From Candidatus Aminicenantes bacterium (GTDB lineage: Bacteria > Acidobacteriota > Aminicenantia > Aminicenantales > UBA4085), in contig OY970261.1 of assembly GCA_963715635.1 (NCBI GenBank), positions 2,161,011 to 2,225,010 of the forward strand: a stretch of 64,000 bases of DNA, read 5' to 3'. A program made the position numbers and the translations under genes. Shown here piece after piece: positions 29,425-39,242 of this stretch; the first letter of the stretch is position 1, and every line of letters begins with the position of its first letter. Under the pieces are notes generated by a model, which made no database searches, was not told the DNA's origin, and saw only the letters and a program-made list of their open reading frames with translations.

Positions 29425-30582
29425 TCAATTTATCAAGCGGGGATCGACCGCTCCCTCCGGAAGAGCCCGGCCGGAGGCCCCCTGCAGAGCATTGACGTCT
29501 TTTTGACGTCCTCGTAACCACTCCCCCAGGGCCTCTAAAGCCGCCCGTTTATCGGAGTCCGTGGGGTGGACGTACCGCATAGTCATTTCAACAGAGCTAT
29601 GCCCAAGGATCCGGGAGGCCGTCATGACGTTGATAACCCTCACGAGCTGAGAGGCCGCGACGTGCCTCAGATCATGGAAGACGATTCCAACGTCTCGGCC
29701 GCGAGCGATCCCGGCTTCTTTACAGGCCACCGCGAACGGCTTCCGGATGCTCTTGATATGCGTCTTGCCGTTCGGGAAAACGTAATCGCTTCGGCGCTCG
29801 ATCCCCTGCAGGACGTCCAGGAGATCCCGGCCGAGCGGGATCGTCCGCTCTTTCTTGCTCTTCGAGTTCGTCACGGAAATTGTTAGGCGACGGGCCGGAA
29901 AAGAGATCTGGCTCCAGCGAAGGGAAAGAATCTCCGAAAGCCTCATCCCCGTTAGCAGCGCGATTTCGACGACCGGCCTTGTCCGCTCCGGCGTGGACGC
30001 GATGAGGCGCCGCATATCCTCATCAGTCAGGCCGAGCTCGAGGATTTTTTCTTCTCGGGAATTTTGCTCTTCCAGACGCTTGACGCCCTTCTGCCCTATC
30101 GGATTCAAGCCGATGAGTCCGTCACCTACGGCTGCGTTTAGGATGCTCACCAGCAGCGAGCGCTCGCGGTTGACGGAGGCCGGTTTGAGGCCGGATTTTA
30201 TTCTCTCCGTCATGTAATCCCGGACGACATTTGGCCGAATATCGACGAGGGCGACGGTTTTGAATTTTCGATTGAGGGCCTTGAGGGACGTCTCATCCCG
30301 GGCCGCTGAGCGTTTCTGCTTCCAGGTTGCTGAATCTAGGAGAGTCCTGGCGTACTCGCCGAATGTATCCGCCGATTTTGGGGGCCGGATTTTCTCAGCG
30401 AGTTTTCCCGCCCTAGCCGCAAGCCGGAGTTCAGCGAGAAATGTTTTCGCTTCTTCTTTCGTGTAGCCGGCGAATCGGCGGACCCGAACATAGTTCAACG
30501 TGACGTCAGTAAGGTAATAGCCGGGCTTGCCTTCGGAGCCCTTAATAAATTTCAGGTTGTTTTCTTCCTTGCGTTCTTTCAT
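29425..30582 (-). CDS. int: Tyrosine-type site-specific integrase (385 aa), integrase of the right-hand element
   Basis: ALLTGMRLSEILSLRW (R), HDLRHVAASQL (H-x-x-R), HSSVEMTMRYVH (Tyr). N-terminal SAM-like/AP2 region. Confidence 0.9.
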   Translation of the reverse strand: MKERKEENNLKFIKGSEGKPGYYLTDVTLNYVRVRRFAGYTKEEAKTFLAELRLAARAGKLAEKIRPPKSADTFGEYARTLLDSATWKQKRSAARDETSLKALNRKFKTVALVDIRPNVVRDYMTERIKSGLKPASVNRERSLLVSILNAAVGDGLIGLNPIGQKGVKRLEEQNSREEKILELGLTDEDMRRLIASTPERTRPVVEIALLTGMRLSEILSLRWSQISFPARRLTISVTNSKSKKERTIPLGRDLLDVLQGIERRSDYVFPNGKTHIKSIRKPFAVACKEAGIARGRDVGIVFHDLRHVAASQLVRVINVMTASRILGHSSVEMTMRYVHPTDSDKRAALEALGEWLRGRQKDVNALQGASGRALPEGAVDPRLIN

Positions 30583-30871
30583 GCGTCCCCCTTAGTGAAT
30601 TGAGACGGGCGCTCCCTGAAGCCGTTGTAAGGGAGCCAGCATGGAGAGGCTGGGGGCCCCAGGGAGCACACCGTTTAATTTCATTTCATCCCCCGTTTCT
30701 TATTCGATGCTACTCCAAAAGCCTCGATCTCCGCAAGTATCGAAGGCGGCAAATTTTCAACCGGGTCCAAGGTCTCTTTGACGAAGTATTTGCCGAGCGT
30801 CTCTGACCGTACGATCGTCAGGCCGGGGCGGATCTCGATTTCATTTTGAAGGTGCAGAAGATTCTCGATAT

Positions 30872-31189
30872 TCATTTTGCCGGCAGTATTCCCGCTCCGT
30901 CCGCTACAAGAAAAAGAAGATCGCGGATTTCTTTTTTAGATTTTTTGAGCGCGATACCTAGTCCGAGAGCGATCCCCACGAAGGTTTCTTTTCCATTATG
31001 TCTAACGCGCCAACTCCCTTTTCCCCCTTTCACAACTCCCATTTTTTCCGCATCAAACCCAAGTGCTTTACAAGCTTTAATAAATTTCAGGGCCTGGTCG
31101 TGTTCTGCCGCAATCCAGGCATCGACTTCTGGATGATTCCAGCACACCTCAAACTGTCCCTTAGAATTTCTCTTAGCATTTTTAATCAT
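30872..31189 (-). CDS. Hypothetical protein (105 aa)
   Basis: ORF in 4-nt overlap with the 30681-30875 ORF. Confidence 0.35.
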   Translation of the reverse strand: MIKNAKRNSKGQFEVCWNHPEVDAWIAAEHDQALKFIKACKALGFDAEKMGVVKGGKGSWRVRHNGKETFVGIALGLGIALKKSKKEIRDLLFLVADGAGILPAK

Positions 31190-31202
31190 GAAGATCTCCT
31201 TT

Positions 31203-31379
31203 TTATTTTTTCTTCAAAGGTTTCCCTTCGATGAAATTCTTGAGATCAATCTCCCGGATACGGACTAAGTGCCCGATCTTGAAACTTTTCAAGCGGCCGG
31301 AGCTGATAAGTCCGTAGGCCGTGGTCCGCGAGATCTTAAGAATCCCCATGACTTCTTCGACCGTCAGATATGTTTTCAT
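31203..31379 (-). CDS. AlpA/excisionase-family HTH DNA-binding protein (58 aa); absent from the ORF track because it is under 60 aa
   Basis: Translation MKTYLTVEEVMGILKISRTTAYGLISSGRLKSFKIGHLVRIREIDLKNFIEG matches HTH_17/AlpA architecture. Confidence 0.6.
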   Translation of the reverse strand: MKTYLTVEEVMGILKISRTTAYGLISSGRLKSFKIGHLVRIREIDLKNFIEGKPLKKK

Positions 31380-31473
31380 GCCTTTCTCTATCCTTTATAA
31401 GTATCTGTAAGTATCTACTAATATCATTAAATATCTGCTTTGTCAAGAAGAATTTTACATTGATCCATGGAAT

Positions 31474-31665
31474 TTGATATCCTCTGAGCCAATGGAAAAA
31501 GACCTAATGACAAAAAAGGAAGTCTTGGAATATCTCCGATTATCAAATCGAAGTCTTTATTTATTGATGAAAAGCCGTGCATTTCCTTACATCAAATTAA
31601 AGCGGCGTGTCCTCTTCCGAAAGCGTGATATCGATATTTTTCTGGAATCGAAGACGGTCAAATAA
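31474..31665 (+). CDS. AlpA/excisionase-family HTH DNA-binding protein (63 aa)
   Basis: MTKKEVLEYLRLSNRSLYLLMKSRAFPYIKLKRRVLFRKRDIDIFL is an HTH_17 pattern. Divergent from 31203-31379. Confidence 0.55.
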   Translation: MISSEPMEKDLMTKKEVLEYLRLSNRSLYLLMKSRAFPYIKLKRRVLFRKRDIDIFLESKTVK

Positions 31666-31783
31666 CTATGCCTCTATCCTGGTCCCTCTCCAACTCGATC
31701 TCCATGGATAAAAGGCCGTCCCCACTGCACCGGGGGAATCGGCCCGGACCCCAAAGGCAGGCAGGCAGGGACGGCCGCGTTTT

Positions 31784-32308
31784 TCATTCCTGGTCCTTGT
31801 AATGATTTGGGGTCAAATCGTTCGCGTCTTTTTTATCTGCAAGCCGCCGAAAGGATTTTTTGATTTCGTCATTCTCTCGCTCAATCGCCTCTTTTTCTTT
31901 TTCAACAGCCTTGGCTTCTTTCTCTGTCTTCTCAGCCTGTTCCCTGGCGTTTTTTTCGATCCATTCACCCAAGGTCAATCCGACTTGCTCATGCTGGCCA
32001 TCGGATACTTTCTCGGTCGGCGTTTGAGTTTTGGCCGTGGCCAATTTAAGATCGTCCTCTTCGTCTTCGCCTTTTTTCTCTCGCGCCCAATCTGGCACTA
32101 GTCCGCTCGGGTCGGGTTTAAGGTCGGGATCGTCCGGCTTGTCTTTGAGGTCGTCCGGGCATAGCAGCCGATCTAATTCTTTTTGAGTTTTCACCGGGTC
32201 CGGCTTGGTCAACTTCGGGACATTTGTCCTGAGGTCCGCGCCATCGTCTTTCATATTTTCCGGGTCAAGCAGGTCCGAAACCTCTTTTGATATTTTCGAC
32301 GTGGTCAT
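31784..32308 (-). CDS. Highly charged/acidic low-complexity protein (174 aa), possibly scaffold-like
   Basis: ORF rich in D/E/K with predicted coiled-coil. Confidence 0.35.
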   Translation of the reverse strand: MTTSKISKEVSDLLDPENMKDDGADLRTNVPKLTKPDPVKTQKELDRLLCPDDLKDKPDDPDLKPDPSGLVPDWAREKKGEDEEDDLKLATAKTQTPTEKVSDGQHEQVGLTLGEWIEKNAREQAEKTEKEAKAVEKEKEAIERENDEIKKSFRRLADKKDANDLTPNHYKDQE

Positions 32309-33177
32309 TTCTTACCTTCCCCGCCCTTTTTCGTCATCACCGACGTTGTTGTCAAAGACGCGCCGCTCGGAAGTTCCAGGCGATAGTAAAGCTCATACTT
32401 ACCCTGACCTGTTTGATAACCGCTTGCCAGGGTCAAGTGAACGCGGGTATCGTCCTTAAATTGAACCTCAGCGATGATCTTTTCCAGCTCGGGCAAAAAT
32501 TTCTCATGCAGCCGGGGGTCAAGCCGGACGTCGCGTAAGGATTGCGCGTCGAGATTCTCCCACACCATCCCGTATATAAAATTCCCGGTACATAATTGGA
32601 CGTCGTTTGTCGCCCGCTCCCTATCAGCGTCCGCGCCGGCGTAGCCTTCATAGACGGCCCCGATTCCATGCTCTAGAGTTTCAATTTCGCTCTTGAGTTT
32701 TTGAATTTGCGTCGCCGCCGGATAGCTCATCGCGTATCTCAACTCAACCCGCGCCTGCGCTTCCTCTTTTTCAAGCTGGATAATTTCGGCCCTAAGTGAT
32801 CGAATGATCCGAGCCGCCCCCGCGAGTTTTTCCTGCGTCTCAATCCTTGCGCTCTTTTCTCGCTCCCCCGCGGCCATCATTTCAGCGAGTCCGGCTTGCC
32901 CGTCTTTCACCTGTTCGCCGATCGTCACCGCGTCCACATCGGCCGCCCGCGCCTTCGCCATGAGCCGATCTTCGAGCGCGTGATACTCGCTCACGGCCTG
33001 GGTATAGGCCGCCCGCTTTTTCGTGAGTTTATCCTGGGCGTCGGCCTGGGCCTTTTCATAGCCCTTCCGTTTCCCGTCCATTTCGCGGTCTAACCGCTCG
33101 CACTCTTTTTTGATTTCTTTTTCGCGTTCCTTGAATTGCTCAAGGATGGTCTGTGTCATGGTCATTTTTTCCTCCAA
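32305..33177 (-). CDS. Coiled-coil protein (290 aa), hypothetical
   Basis: Long heptad-like N-terminal region. 4-nt overlap with the downstream gene. Confidence 0.45.
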   Translation of the reverse strand: MEEKMTMTQTILEQFKEREKEIKKECERLDREMDGKRKGYEKAQADAQDKLTKKRAAYTQAVSEYHALEDRLMAKARAADVDAVTIGEQVKDGQAGLAEMMAAGEREKSARIETQEKLAGAARIIRSLRAEIIQLEKEEAQARVELRYAMSYPAATQIQKLKSEIETLEHGIGAVYEGYAGADADRERATNDVQLCTGNFIYGMVWENLDAQSLRDVRLDPRLHEKFLPELEKIIAEVQFKDDTRVHLTLASGYQTGQGKYELYYRLELPSGASLTTTSVMTKKGGEGKK

Positions 33178-33280
33178 ATAGAATTTTTATCGAATAGGTC
33201 AAAAAACGGCCTCGTAGTTTGACCTGTGCAGGCTTTTAATCTTTTGGTCCATACCAAGGTAGCCGTCATTTGCGTCCTCA

Positions 33281-33583
33281 TTAATCCATATCGCCGGAAT
33301 CGTCATCGATGATGATGACCTTTGGCGATCCTTCGCGTTTTCGCCGTTCCATGTAATCTGGATAGGGTTTCTTCGTCTTCGGGTCCAAGTCGGATGTTGT
33401 AAGAAAACTCAGCGGCTTGCCGGGAGGAGCGAATTTAAATCTCGGTCCAAATAACCTCTTCGTTAATCTGGCAAGCGCAGAAAGTTCACCCGGAGCGGTT
33501 TTGCCATCGTGCGCAACCGTCATCCCGACCGTTTGGACAGGTCGGCCCGTCACCTTGCTGAGTACCTGTAGAAAAATGTTCAT
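33281..33583 (-). CDS. Hypothetical protein (100 aa)
   Basis: ORF in 4-nt overlap with the terminase gene. Confidence 0.35.
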   Translation of the reverse strand: MNIFLQVLSKVTGRPVQTVGMTVAHDGKTAPGELSALARLTKRLFGPRFKFAPPGKPLSFLTTSDLDPKTKKPYPDYMERRKREGSPKVIIIDDDSGDMD

Positions 33584-35133
33584 TTCTTCCTCCCGGTTTG
33601 AATGTCATTCGTTGTAATAACGCGGCTCATTTTCCGGGACTCCGGTTTCAACCGAATGACTTCCAGGTGATCAAACTGCGAATCGCCGCCACCAAAATTG
33701 TAATACTGGCCGTGGCCGTCATAAAAGTCACGCTCGATGAATCCGATATAACCCTTGCCGCTTTCGGATCTCGCGGCCAGAACACAAGCGCCGGCGGCAG
33801 AGTTCGCCAGGTCGTCATGCCCGCCCGCGTAGTGCGTTATCAAATCCTTCCCCCCGCTCCGGGCCCGCCGCTCAAGGCCCGTGAGCTGAGCGAGAAGGCG
33901 CTTATTATCCAATAATTCAACAGTTCCATTCGAGATTAAGGGAAGAAAATTCAAATAGAGTTCGCTTGCCGTCAACTCCGAGTTCTTGACCTCAATCTCA
34001 TGTGTCCGAAAAGCTTCGGCAACCCATTCCGCCGCGTATTTGTCGGATTCCACGCTCGAGATATTGAACGATTTCAGGACGTTGGCGAATTCGGCGACAA
34101 CGCCCTGGGGCTGGAATGGCGGCCTTCGCTCCCGGAGAACGTCCAAGACGATTTTTCCCGAGCCCTCCCGGTGACAGATCCCCATTGTAAAAGCGTCTTG
34201 CCTTCCGCCGCTCGGATCGATGAATCCAAAGTAATCCGCGCCGTCGATTTTCGGCAATTCATGCCGGCTTGGGATCATGACGGCCTCGACAAGCTCCGCT
34301 GTGATAAAGGCTTCAATGTCCTCTCGCCACTCCGATTCCCACTCGCTCCGGGCCGCTTGCGGATCTTCCTTCAGCGCATTGTCGATCACCCGGCCGTCGA
34401 TCATCGGGTTCATCGTCTTCGTCGCCGCCTTCCAAATTAATGGACCTCCGGGCTTGCCGAAGTTCGCCTTGTATTGCTCCCATAAAACGCCGGTCCGGCT
34501 GTATGGCGTGCTGATTCCCAAAAGCAAACTTTCTGGAATCGTCGCCAGGGCGGGCCGAATCGCAGCCAGGATCTCCTTGTCCGGATTTGCAGAATCCTCC
34601 GAGCGGTAAAAGGCCAGCTCCTCCAAGATCGCTGTTAGGATCGTGTAGCCCCGGACGCTCCGAAAACTGGCCGTCTTCACGCCGATGCTGATCCCATTCC
34701 GGAGATCGATCGTTTCCTGCGTCTCTCTCTCAATCATCCCCTTTAGGCATTTCACCCCATGAAAGATTCCGGAGATATATGCCTTGATAATCCCGGCCTG
34801 GGCTTTATCGACGGCGATGATAAAGACCCAACCTTTTTCCCCCGGGCTCAGGTATGCCGTCCAATCCTTGAAACAGGCCAAGAAGACAGCGATCAGCGCC
34901 GACGTGTAGGACTTCCCGCTCCGCCTTCCGGCAATAACAAAACTCTCCCGGACCTTCTCCCCAGGCGTGTACTCAAAGCCTGTGCAGTCCTTGAATAAGG
35001 CCAGATCCTCAGCGCCCTCAATCGGCAATCCGAAGAGGCCGCGAAGATAGACTTCCCATGCGTGCCATGTCGAAGGATTCTTGAACAGCGGCCGAAAAAT
35101 ATCCTTTCTGTACCAAGCGTCAATGACGTTCAC
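33580..35133 (-). CDS. terL: Phage terminase large subunit-like protein (517 aa)
   Basis: Walker A AGRRSGKSYTSAL, Walker B-like ILEELAF, C-terminal nuclease-like IDPSGGRQD...GGHDDLANS. Confidence 0.7.
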   Translation of the reverse strand: MNVIDAWYRKDIFRPLFKNPSTWHAWEVYLRGLFGLPIEGAEDLALFKDCTGFEYTPGEKVRESFVIAGRRSGKSYTSALIAVFLACFKDWTAYLSPGEKGWVFIIAVDKAQAGIIKAYISGIFHGVKCLKGMIERETQETIDLRNGISIGVKTASFRSVRGYTILTAILEELAFYRSEDSANPDKEILAAIRPALATIPESLLLGISTPYSRTGVLWEQYKANFGKPGGPLIWKAATKTMNPMIDGRVIDNALKEDPQAARSEWESEWREDIEAFITAELVEAVMIPSRHELPKIDGADYFGFIDPSGGRQDAFTMGICHREGSGKIVLDVLRERRPPFQPQGVVAEFANVLKSFNISSVESDKYAAEWVAEAFRTHEIEVKNSELTASELYLNFLPLISNGTVELLDNKRLLAQLTGLERRARSGGKDLITHYAGGHDDLANSAAGACVLAARSESGKGYIGFIERDFYDGHGQYYNFGGGDSQFDHLEVIRLKPESRKMSRVITTNDIQTGRKK

Positions 35134-35366
35134 GGCTTGCCCTCCAGCGATTCATCCGCCTTCGTGAGTGCCTGGATGAGCGCGGGCAAAAGCTCAGCGT
35201 GAAGCGTGAGGCCCTTTTGCGTAGCCCTCCATTGACCGTCATCGCACTCGATCCAGGTCCTGATATCGACATAGACCTTGCCTTTAAATGTCTGAAGATG
35301 AATCCTCACGCTCCGCCCGCTGCCGTTCTCAATGCTCTCAATTAAAGTCTGCTTTGTCTCGCTCAT
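35130..35366 (-). CDS. Hypothetical small protein (78 aa)
   Basis: ORF coupled between the terminase genes. Confidence 0.35.
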   Translation of the reverse strand: MSETKQTLIESIENGSGRSVRIHLQTFKGKVYVDIRTWIECDDGQWRATQKGLTLHAELLPALIQALTKADESLEGKP

Positions 35367-35929
35367 GACTTCACCTCTTCCGGCTTCTGAATTTGTGACG
35401 ACGTTGCCCCAGGATCGATTTTGATAGGCTCCGCGTCCGCGTGGCCATCCTCCCCCTTGTTCTTATCCTGCCTGCCAAGCTGGTCAGGCTGGGCCTGTTT
35501 GTCTGCTTTCTCCGCGTCTATCTCAGCCGCTATCTCAAGCGGAGACAGGACCCGCTCCCCGACACGCTTCGAGATCCCCAGGGCTTCGAGGTCCCTTCGT
35601 ATGCTCTCACAATAGGTGATATAGGACTTCGCCATGACGGGGTTCAATTCGCCTCCCTTAAACACGCCCACTTTCTTAATGTACTCTTCTATGCAACGGA
35701 CAGCACTCAGCTTCGAAATGGCCCGGTCAACGAGTACCAGTTGAGCCGTGGTCAGATCCGCCTCACGTGGCCCCAAGTCTTCGATCAATCCATCCCGGGC
35801 GGCTTGAAGATACACCCTCAAATCTGTTCGCCGCTGTACCATGAGAGAGTAAGCGCCATGTTTGACTTTGACGCCGGGCTTCCGGCCAGGCCGCTTTTTC
35901 TCTTTCTTTTGAGGCTGATTCTCTGTCAT
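35363..35929 (-). CDS. Possible terminase small subunit (P27-like), 188 aa
   Basis: N-terminal KRPGRKPGVKVKHG resembles the P27-family 'GRKPKP' start. Located immediately upstream of terL. Confidence 0.35.
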   Translation of the reverse strand: MTENQPQKKEKKRPGRKPGVKVKHGAYSLMVQRRTDLRVYLQAARDGLIEDLGPREADLTTAQLVLVDRAISKLSAVRCIEEYIKKVGVFKGGELNPVMAKSYITYCESIRRDLEALGISKRVGERVLSPLEIAAEIDAEKADKQAQPDQLGRQDKNKGEDGHADAEPIKIDPGATSSQIQKPEEVKS

Positions 35930-36099
35930 TTATAACCTATTGAATATAATTGAATTGCGTTTTTTGGCATTTATCAAACACGTCAATAATCACGTCAATT
36001 TTCCTTCGCATATGGGGAAAAACATGGAGTACCAGTCCAGCGCTCTCCCGCCGATCCCGAAAGGATAAAGACGACGCGGGAACGGCTTTGCTTTGCCGC

Positions 36100-36262
36100 C
36101 TTTCGTCCAATAGTCTCCATTCGTCTCAGACTGTGTATATTGAGATTATTGGTATTATTGAGATTATTGAGACTATTGAAGACCTTCCCAATAGTCCCAA
36201 TAGTCTCAAAAGTCTCATTAATCTCATGAGTCTCATATAGGGATGGCGTGAGATTATTGACG
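36100..36262. repeat. Iteron cluster, candidate replication origin downstream of the rep helicase gene
   Basis: Tandem GAGATTATTG/ATTGAGACTATTG repeats followed by CAATAGTC(C/T)C and AGTCTCA repeats. AT-rich. Confidence 0.55.
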
Positions 36263-36263
36263 T

Positions 36264-37652
36264 TCACTTCGGCAACTCCCAACTTGAAGTCTTGAATTGT
36301 CCGTAGCCTGAAACTCGGGAGATAACGCCGATTTTCTTCCGGACGCGGAAAAGGCAGGGCCGACTGATTGATTCTTTTTTTGCGGCTTGGAGCAAGTTTT
36401 GCAGTTCAACCGGACCTCCTTTGAGTTGGCCTATCAGCCATTCGGCGGCGAAATCCCCTTCGGCGGCTTGGCCTGGATCTCGCCGTTGAAGGATCTCATC
36501 CGCGCCGATGTTAATGATATTTGGTTCGAATTCGACCCGCCCCCCGTCTCCTATGGTAAAGGCGATTGTTCCCGGCATTTTGGCATAGTTGCATTTCGCC
36601 GGAGCCAAGAGTCGCCGCTCCGGATTATCAGGATCGATTCCCAAGGCCAAGACGGATCGAGGGGTCGCGCCGTATGCAACCGATCCCCCGATACGATTTA
36701 GCGCGCCGGACTCATCGGTTCGTTTATTCAAATGGCAGATACCAAGGACCGCCGCTCCCGTCTTTTCAGCTATGGCCGCAAGCGGACGGAGCAGAGCGCG
36801 TCTCACGTCGGGATCCCGGAAATAATCCGTCCCTGCTTTCAGGAACGCGTTCAAGGGATCGACGACGACAAATTTGATTCGCGGATTCTGCGTGAGGGCC
36901 TGTTGTAAGGGACCGAAGATTTCCCCGACATCAAGGTCTTCGGCTTCTATAAAGAAGATTCGGGCAAGATCCGCGCCGTTTACTTCGGCTCGCGGTCTGA
37001 CCGCTTGAGCGATCGGGTCTTCGGCCGCAAGAATGATCGAATCACAATCCAGGACAGCTCCGGTTGAATCCGGGAGCGGTTCACCCCGGCTCAATCTTGC
37101 CGTGATTGCATGGGCAAGCGTTGATTTCCCTCCCCCGGCGCTCCCGGCTAAAAGCGACAGCATCCCGAGCGGGATCCGGCCTGACCAAAGCCAAGAAATG
37201 GCTTTCGATTCAACGGCGGACAAGGGTTTGAGGCTCGTAACGGGATTCTCGAATTCGTCGATCTCGCGGACGAGTTCCCGGATCCGCCCGAGCGCCTTTT
37301 CGTCTTGGGTCCCTGTCTTCAGCTCGGTCCGCTTTTCTTGATCGAGGAGCTTTATCAACTCTCCATTCTTCCTGGCCCGGAGGAGCCCGTTGACCTTGAG
37401 CTGGAACGCCGCGGAGGATAAGCGATAGCAGCCTTCTTGCTCGGCGAATAACGAGGCCAAGGATAAACCACAACGCGCCGATAGTTTCCCGTCGTCAATT
37501 TCGCCGTGTTCCTCTTCCCAGAGATCGGAAATGGCCACGGCTATTTTCCGACGCGGCCCAGTGAACAAGTCCAGGGAATAACGCGGGGTATCTTGGAGTT
37601 GGGGAGAAACCTTTGCGCTGAAGAGAATTTCCCTTTCGTCGCTGACACTCAT
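36264..37652 (-). CDS. RepA/AAA_25-type replicative ATPase-helicase (RecA-fold), 462 aa
   Basis: Walker A LLAGSAGGGKSTLA, Walker B FVVVDPLNAF. N-terminal primase-associated region. Confidence 0.65.
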   Translation of the reverse strand: MSVSDEREILFSAKVSPQLQDTPRYSLDLFTGPRRKIAVAISDLWEEEHGEIDDGKLSARCGLSLASLFAEQEGCYRLSSAAFQLKVNGLLRARKNGELIKLLDQEKRTELKTGTQDEKALGRIRELVREIDEFENPVTSLKPLSAVESKAISWLWSGRIPLGMLSLLAGSAGGGKSTLAHAITARLSRGEPLPDSTGAVLDCDSIILAAEDPIAQAVRPRAEVNGADLARIFFIEAEDLDVGEIFGPLQQALTQNPRIKFVVVDPLNAFLKAGTDYFRDPDVRRALLRPLAAIAEKTGAAVLGICHLNKRTDESGALNRIGGSVAYGATPRSVLALGIDPDNPERRLLAPAKCNYAKMPGTIAFTIGDGGRVEFEPNIINIGADEILQRRDPGQAAEGDFAAEWLIGQLKGGPVELQNLLQAAKKESISRPCLFRVRKKIGVISRVSGYGQFKTSSWELPK

Positions 37653-37852
37653 TTCGCCCGTCCTTTTCCATGCCCGGATAGCACCGTCCCCGCTTCGATC
37701 GCCGCTATATTGAGCCGGATCTGCCGTCCGATTTTCAGAACGGATCCTTCCGGCAGCCGGCCTCTGGCCGCGAGAGAATATAGGGTCTTCGGCGATTTCA
37801 TGCCGAAATATTCAGCGGCAACGGGGATCGAGTACCAACGGCGGGGTTCCAT
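37649..37852 (-). CDS. AlpA/excisionase-family HTH protein (67 aa)
   Basis: WYSIPVAAEYFGMKSPKTLYSLAARGRLP...KIGRQIRLN. Confidence 0.5.
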   Translation of the reverse strand: MEPRRWYSIPVAAEYFGMKSPKTLYSLAARGRLPEGSVLKIGRQIRLNIAAIEAGTVLSGHGKGRAK

Positions 37853-37857
37853 GGGTT

Positions 37858-38163
37858 TTATTTTATTCTCGGTTGCGCGACTTGTTTTTTCGCTTTTTCG
37901 AGGAATACATCCTGCGGCTCATTTCCGACCATTTCAGCCGGGAAAATATCTTCAACATCACATTTAAAAAATTGGGCGAGCTTTTCTTTGGTTTTCTGCG
38001 TGGTCCTCGATTCAAAACCCGCTTCTAGATACCAGAGGCAAGCGATCGAGATACCAGCACCGACGGCGACCTGGGCTTGCGTCAGACCTTGGCTTTCCCG
38101 GAGCGATCGCAATTTATTCCACCCTATGAAAGCCGGCGCTGGGTCCCATTTTATTTTTCTCAT
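37858..38163 (-). CDS. XRE-family HTH regulator (101 aa)
   Basis: LRESQGLTQAQVAVGAGISIACLWYLEAG. Confidence 0.6.
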   Translation of the reverse strand: MRKIKWDPAPAFIGWNKLRSLRESQGLTQAQVAVGAGISIACLWYLEAGFESRTTQKTKEKLAQFFKCDVEDIFPAEMVGNEPQDVFLEKAKKQVAQPRIK

Positions 38164-38259
38164 CTCATATCTCCTATATTCCTTGACATTAGATTATTTC
38201 AGTATTAATATAAGACTTATAATGACAGGCGTCAAAGGTCACAATAACAGGTTAAGGAC

Positions 38260-39117
38260 ATGAATAAAGCTACGACAATAAGGCGGGATAAAGAAAGCCG
38301 GAAAATATCTATTTCGACAGAGCCGGATATTCTTTCCGATGATCGGATTAAATTTATCATCGAAAATATGACACGTCGAAATGCGCGAATACTTAAAGAT
38401 TTTCAGAAAGGTCGGTCGCATCCGCCCTTTTGTGTCTGTTGGCTTTGCTTATGGAGGAAGTACGAAAAAGTACGGCTCTCCGGCCACCCCTATGATTACA
38501 CAACCTTTCTCGCCTATGATATCATGGAAGAGGTTTTCGGCCCTTTCCAATATGAGCCTATTAAGAAAATTCCAATCAAAATGCTCGCAAGGGAAGTTAT
38601 TCAGCGCCTGCCGATCATCCATCCCGACACAAAGAAAATACTGAATAGGTTCACTAGGGATCTGTTCCGAGACCGTTTCATTGAGTATTCAAGAAAGAAA
38701 AGATATCAATCGGATAGCCTGCAAAATCTTATAGAACAACTTATGTATCAGATTCACCGCGAGGGGGGAAGATATGTACCAGCGCAGGAATTTGGCCCGA
38801 AGGCCATCCGCGGATTGAGGCCATCTGGGCCGAAGGCCATCCACATTTTAAGGCCATCAACGCGCGCACTTCTGCCCTCGAAGATTGCCCAATATATTTA
38901 CTCGCAGCCCGACCACAAGGCCACACAACGCGAGCTACAGCGCCTTACGAATAAGCGTAAGGCCGATCTCGAAGAGACTCATGAATGGCTTAAATGGCGA
39001 TACGGGATAATAACCCCGCCACATAAGAAATGGGAATCGACTATCTATATAGGGACAGAGCCAAAATTCCCTAGAAAACCGCCAGGGAGGCGGCTCGGAC
39101 GGCCCCGTCCTTTATAG
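38260..39117 (+). CDS. Hypothetical protein (285 aa) with internal GPKAIRGLRPS/GPKAIHILRPS duplication
   Basis: ORF. A ~30-bp DNA direct repeat at 38796-38860 encodes the duplicated peptide. Confidence 0.45.
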   Translation: MNKATTIRRDKESRKISISTEPDILSDDRIKFIIENMTRRNARILKDFQKGRSHPPFCVCWLCLWRKYEKVRLSGHPYDYTTFLAYDIMEEVFGPFQYEPIKKIPIKMLAREVIQRLPIIHPDTKKILNRFTRDLFRDRFIEYSRKKRYQSDSLQNLIEQLMYQIHREGGRYVPAQEFGPKAIRGLRPSGPKAIHILRPSTRALLPSKIAQYIYSQPDHKATQRELQRLTNKRKADLEETHEWLKWRYGIITPPHKKWESTIYIGTEPKFPRKPPGRRLGRPRPL

Positions 39118-39242
39118 ACGTGTCCAAAAATTGTACAAAATAATTGACGGGATTATTGGTGTCTTGAGCGATAAAAATCTCCTTGACAGAGTGGCCGAGC
39201 AATATTATCATTATGGAGGGTGAAAATATGGAAGCAGTCGAG

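Noticed and set aside
30681-30875. 64-aa minus-strand ORF next to integrase 2
   Set aside because: Plausible small gene (4-nt overlap with 30872-31189) but no motif support. Left unannotated
38796-38860. Direct DNA repeat 'ggcccgaaggccatcc(g/a)c...'
   Set aside because: Falls inside ORF 38260-39117 and simply encodes a duplicated GPKAI(R/H) peptide. Not an independent element
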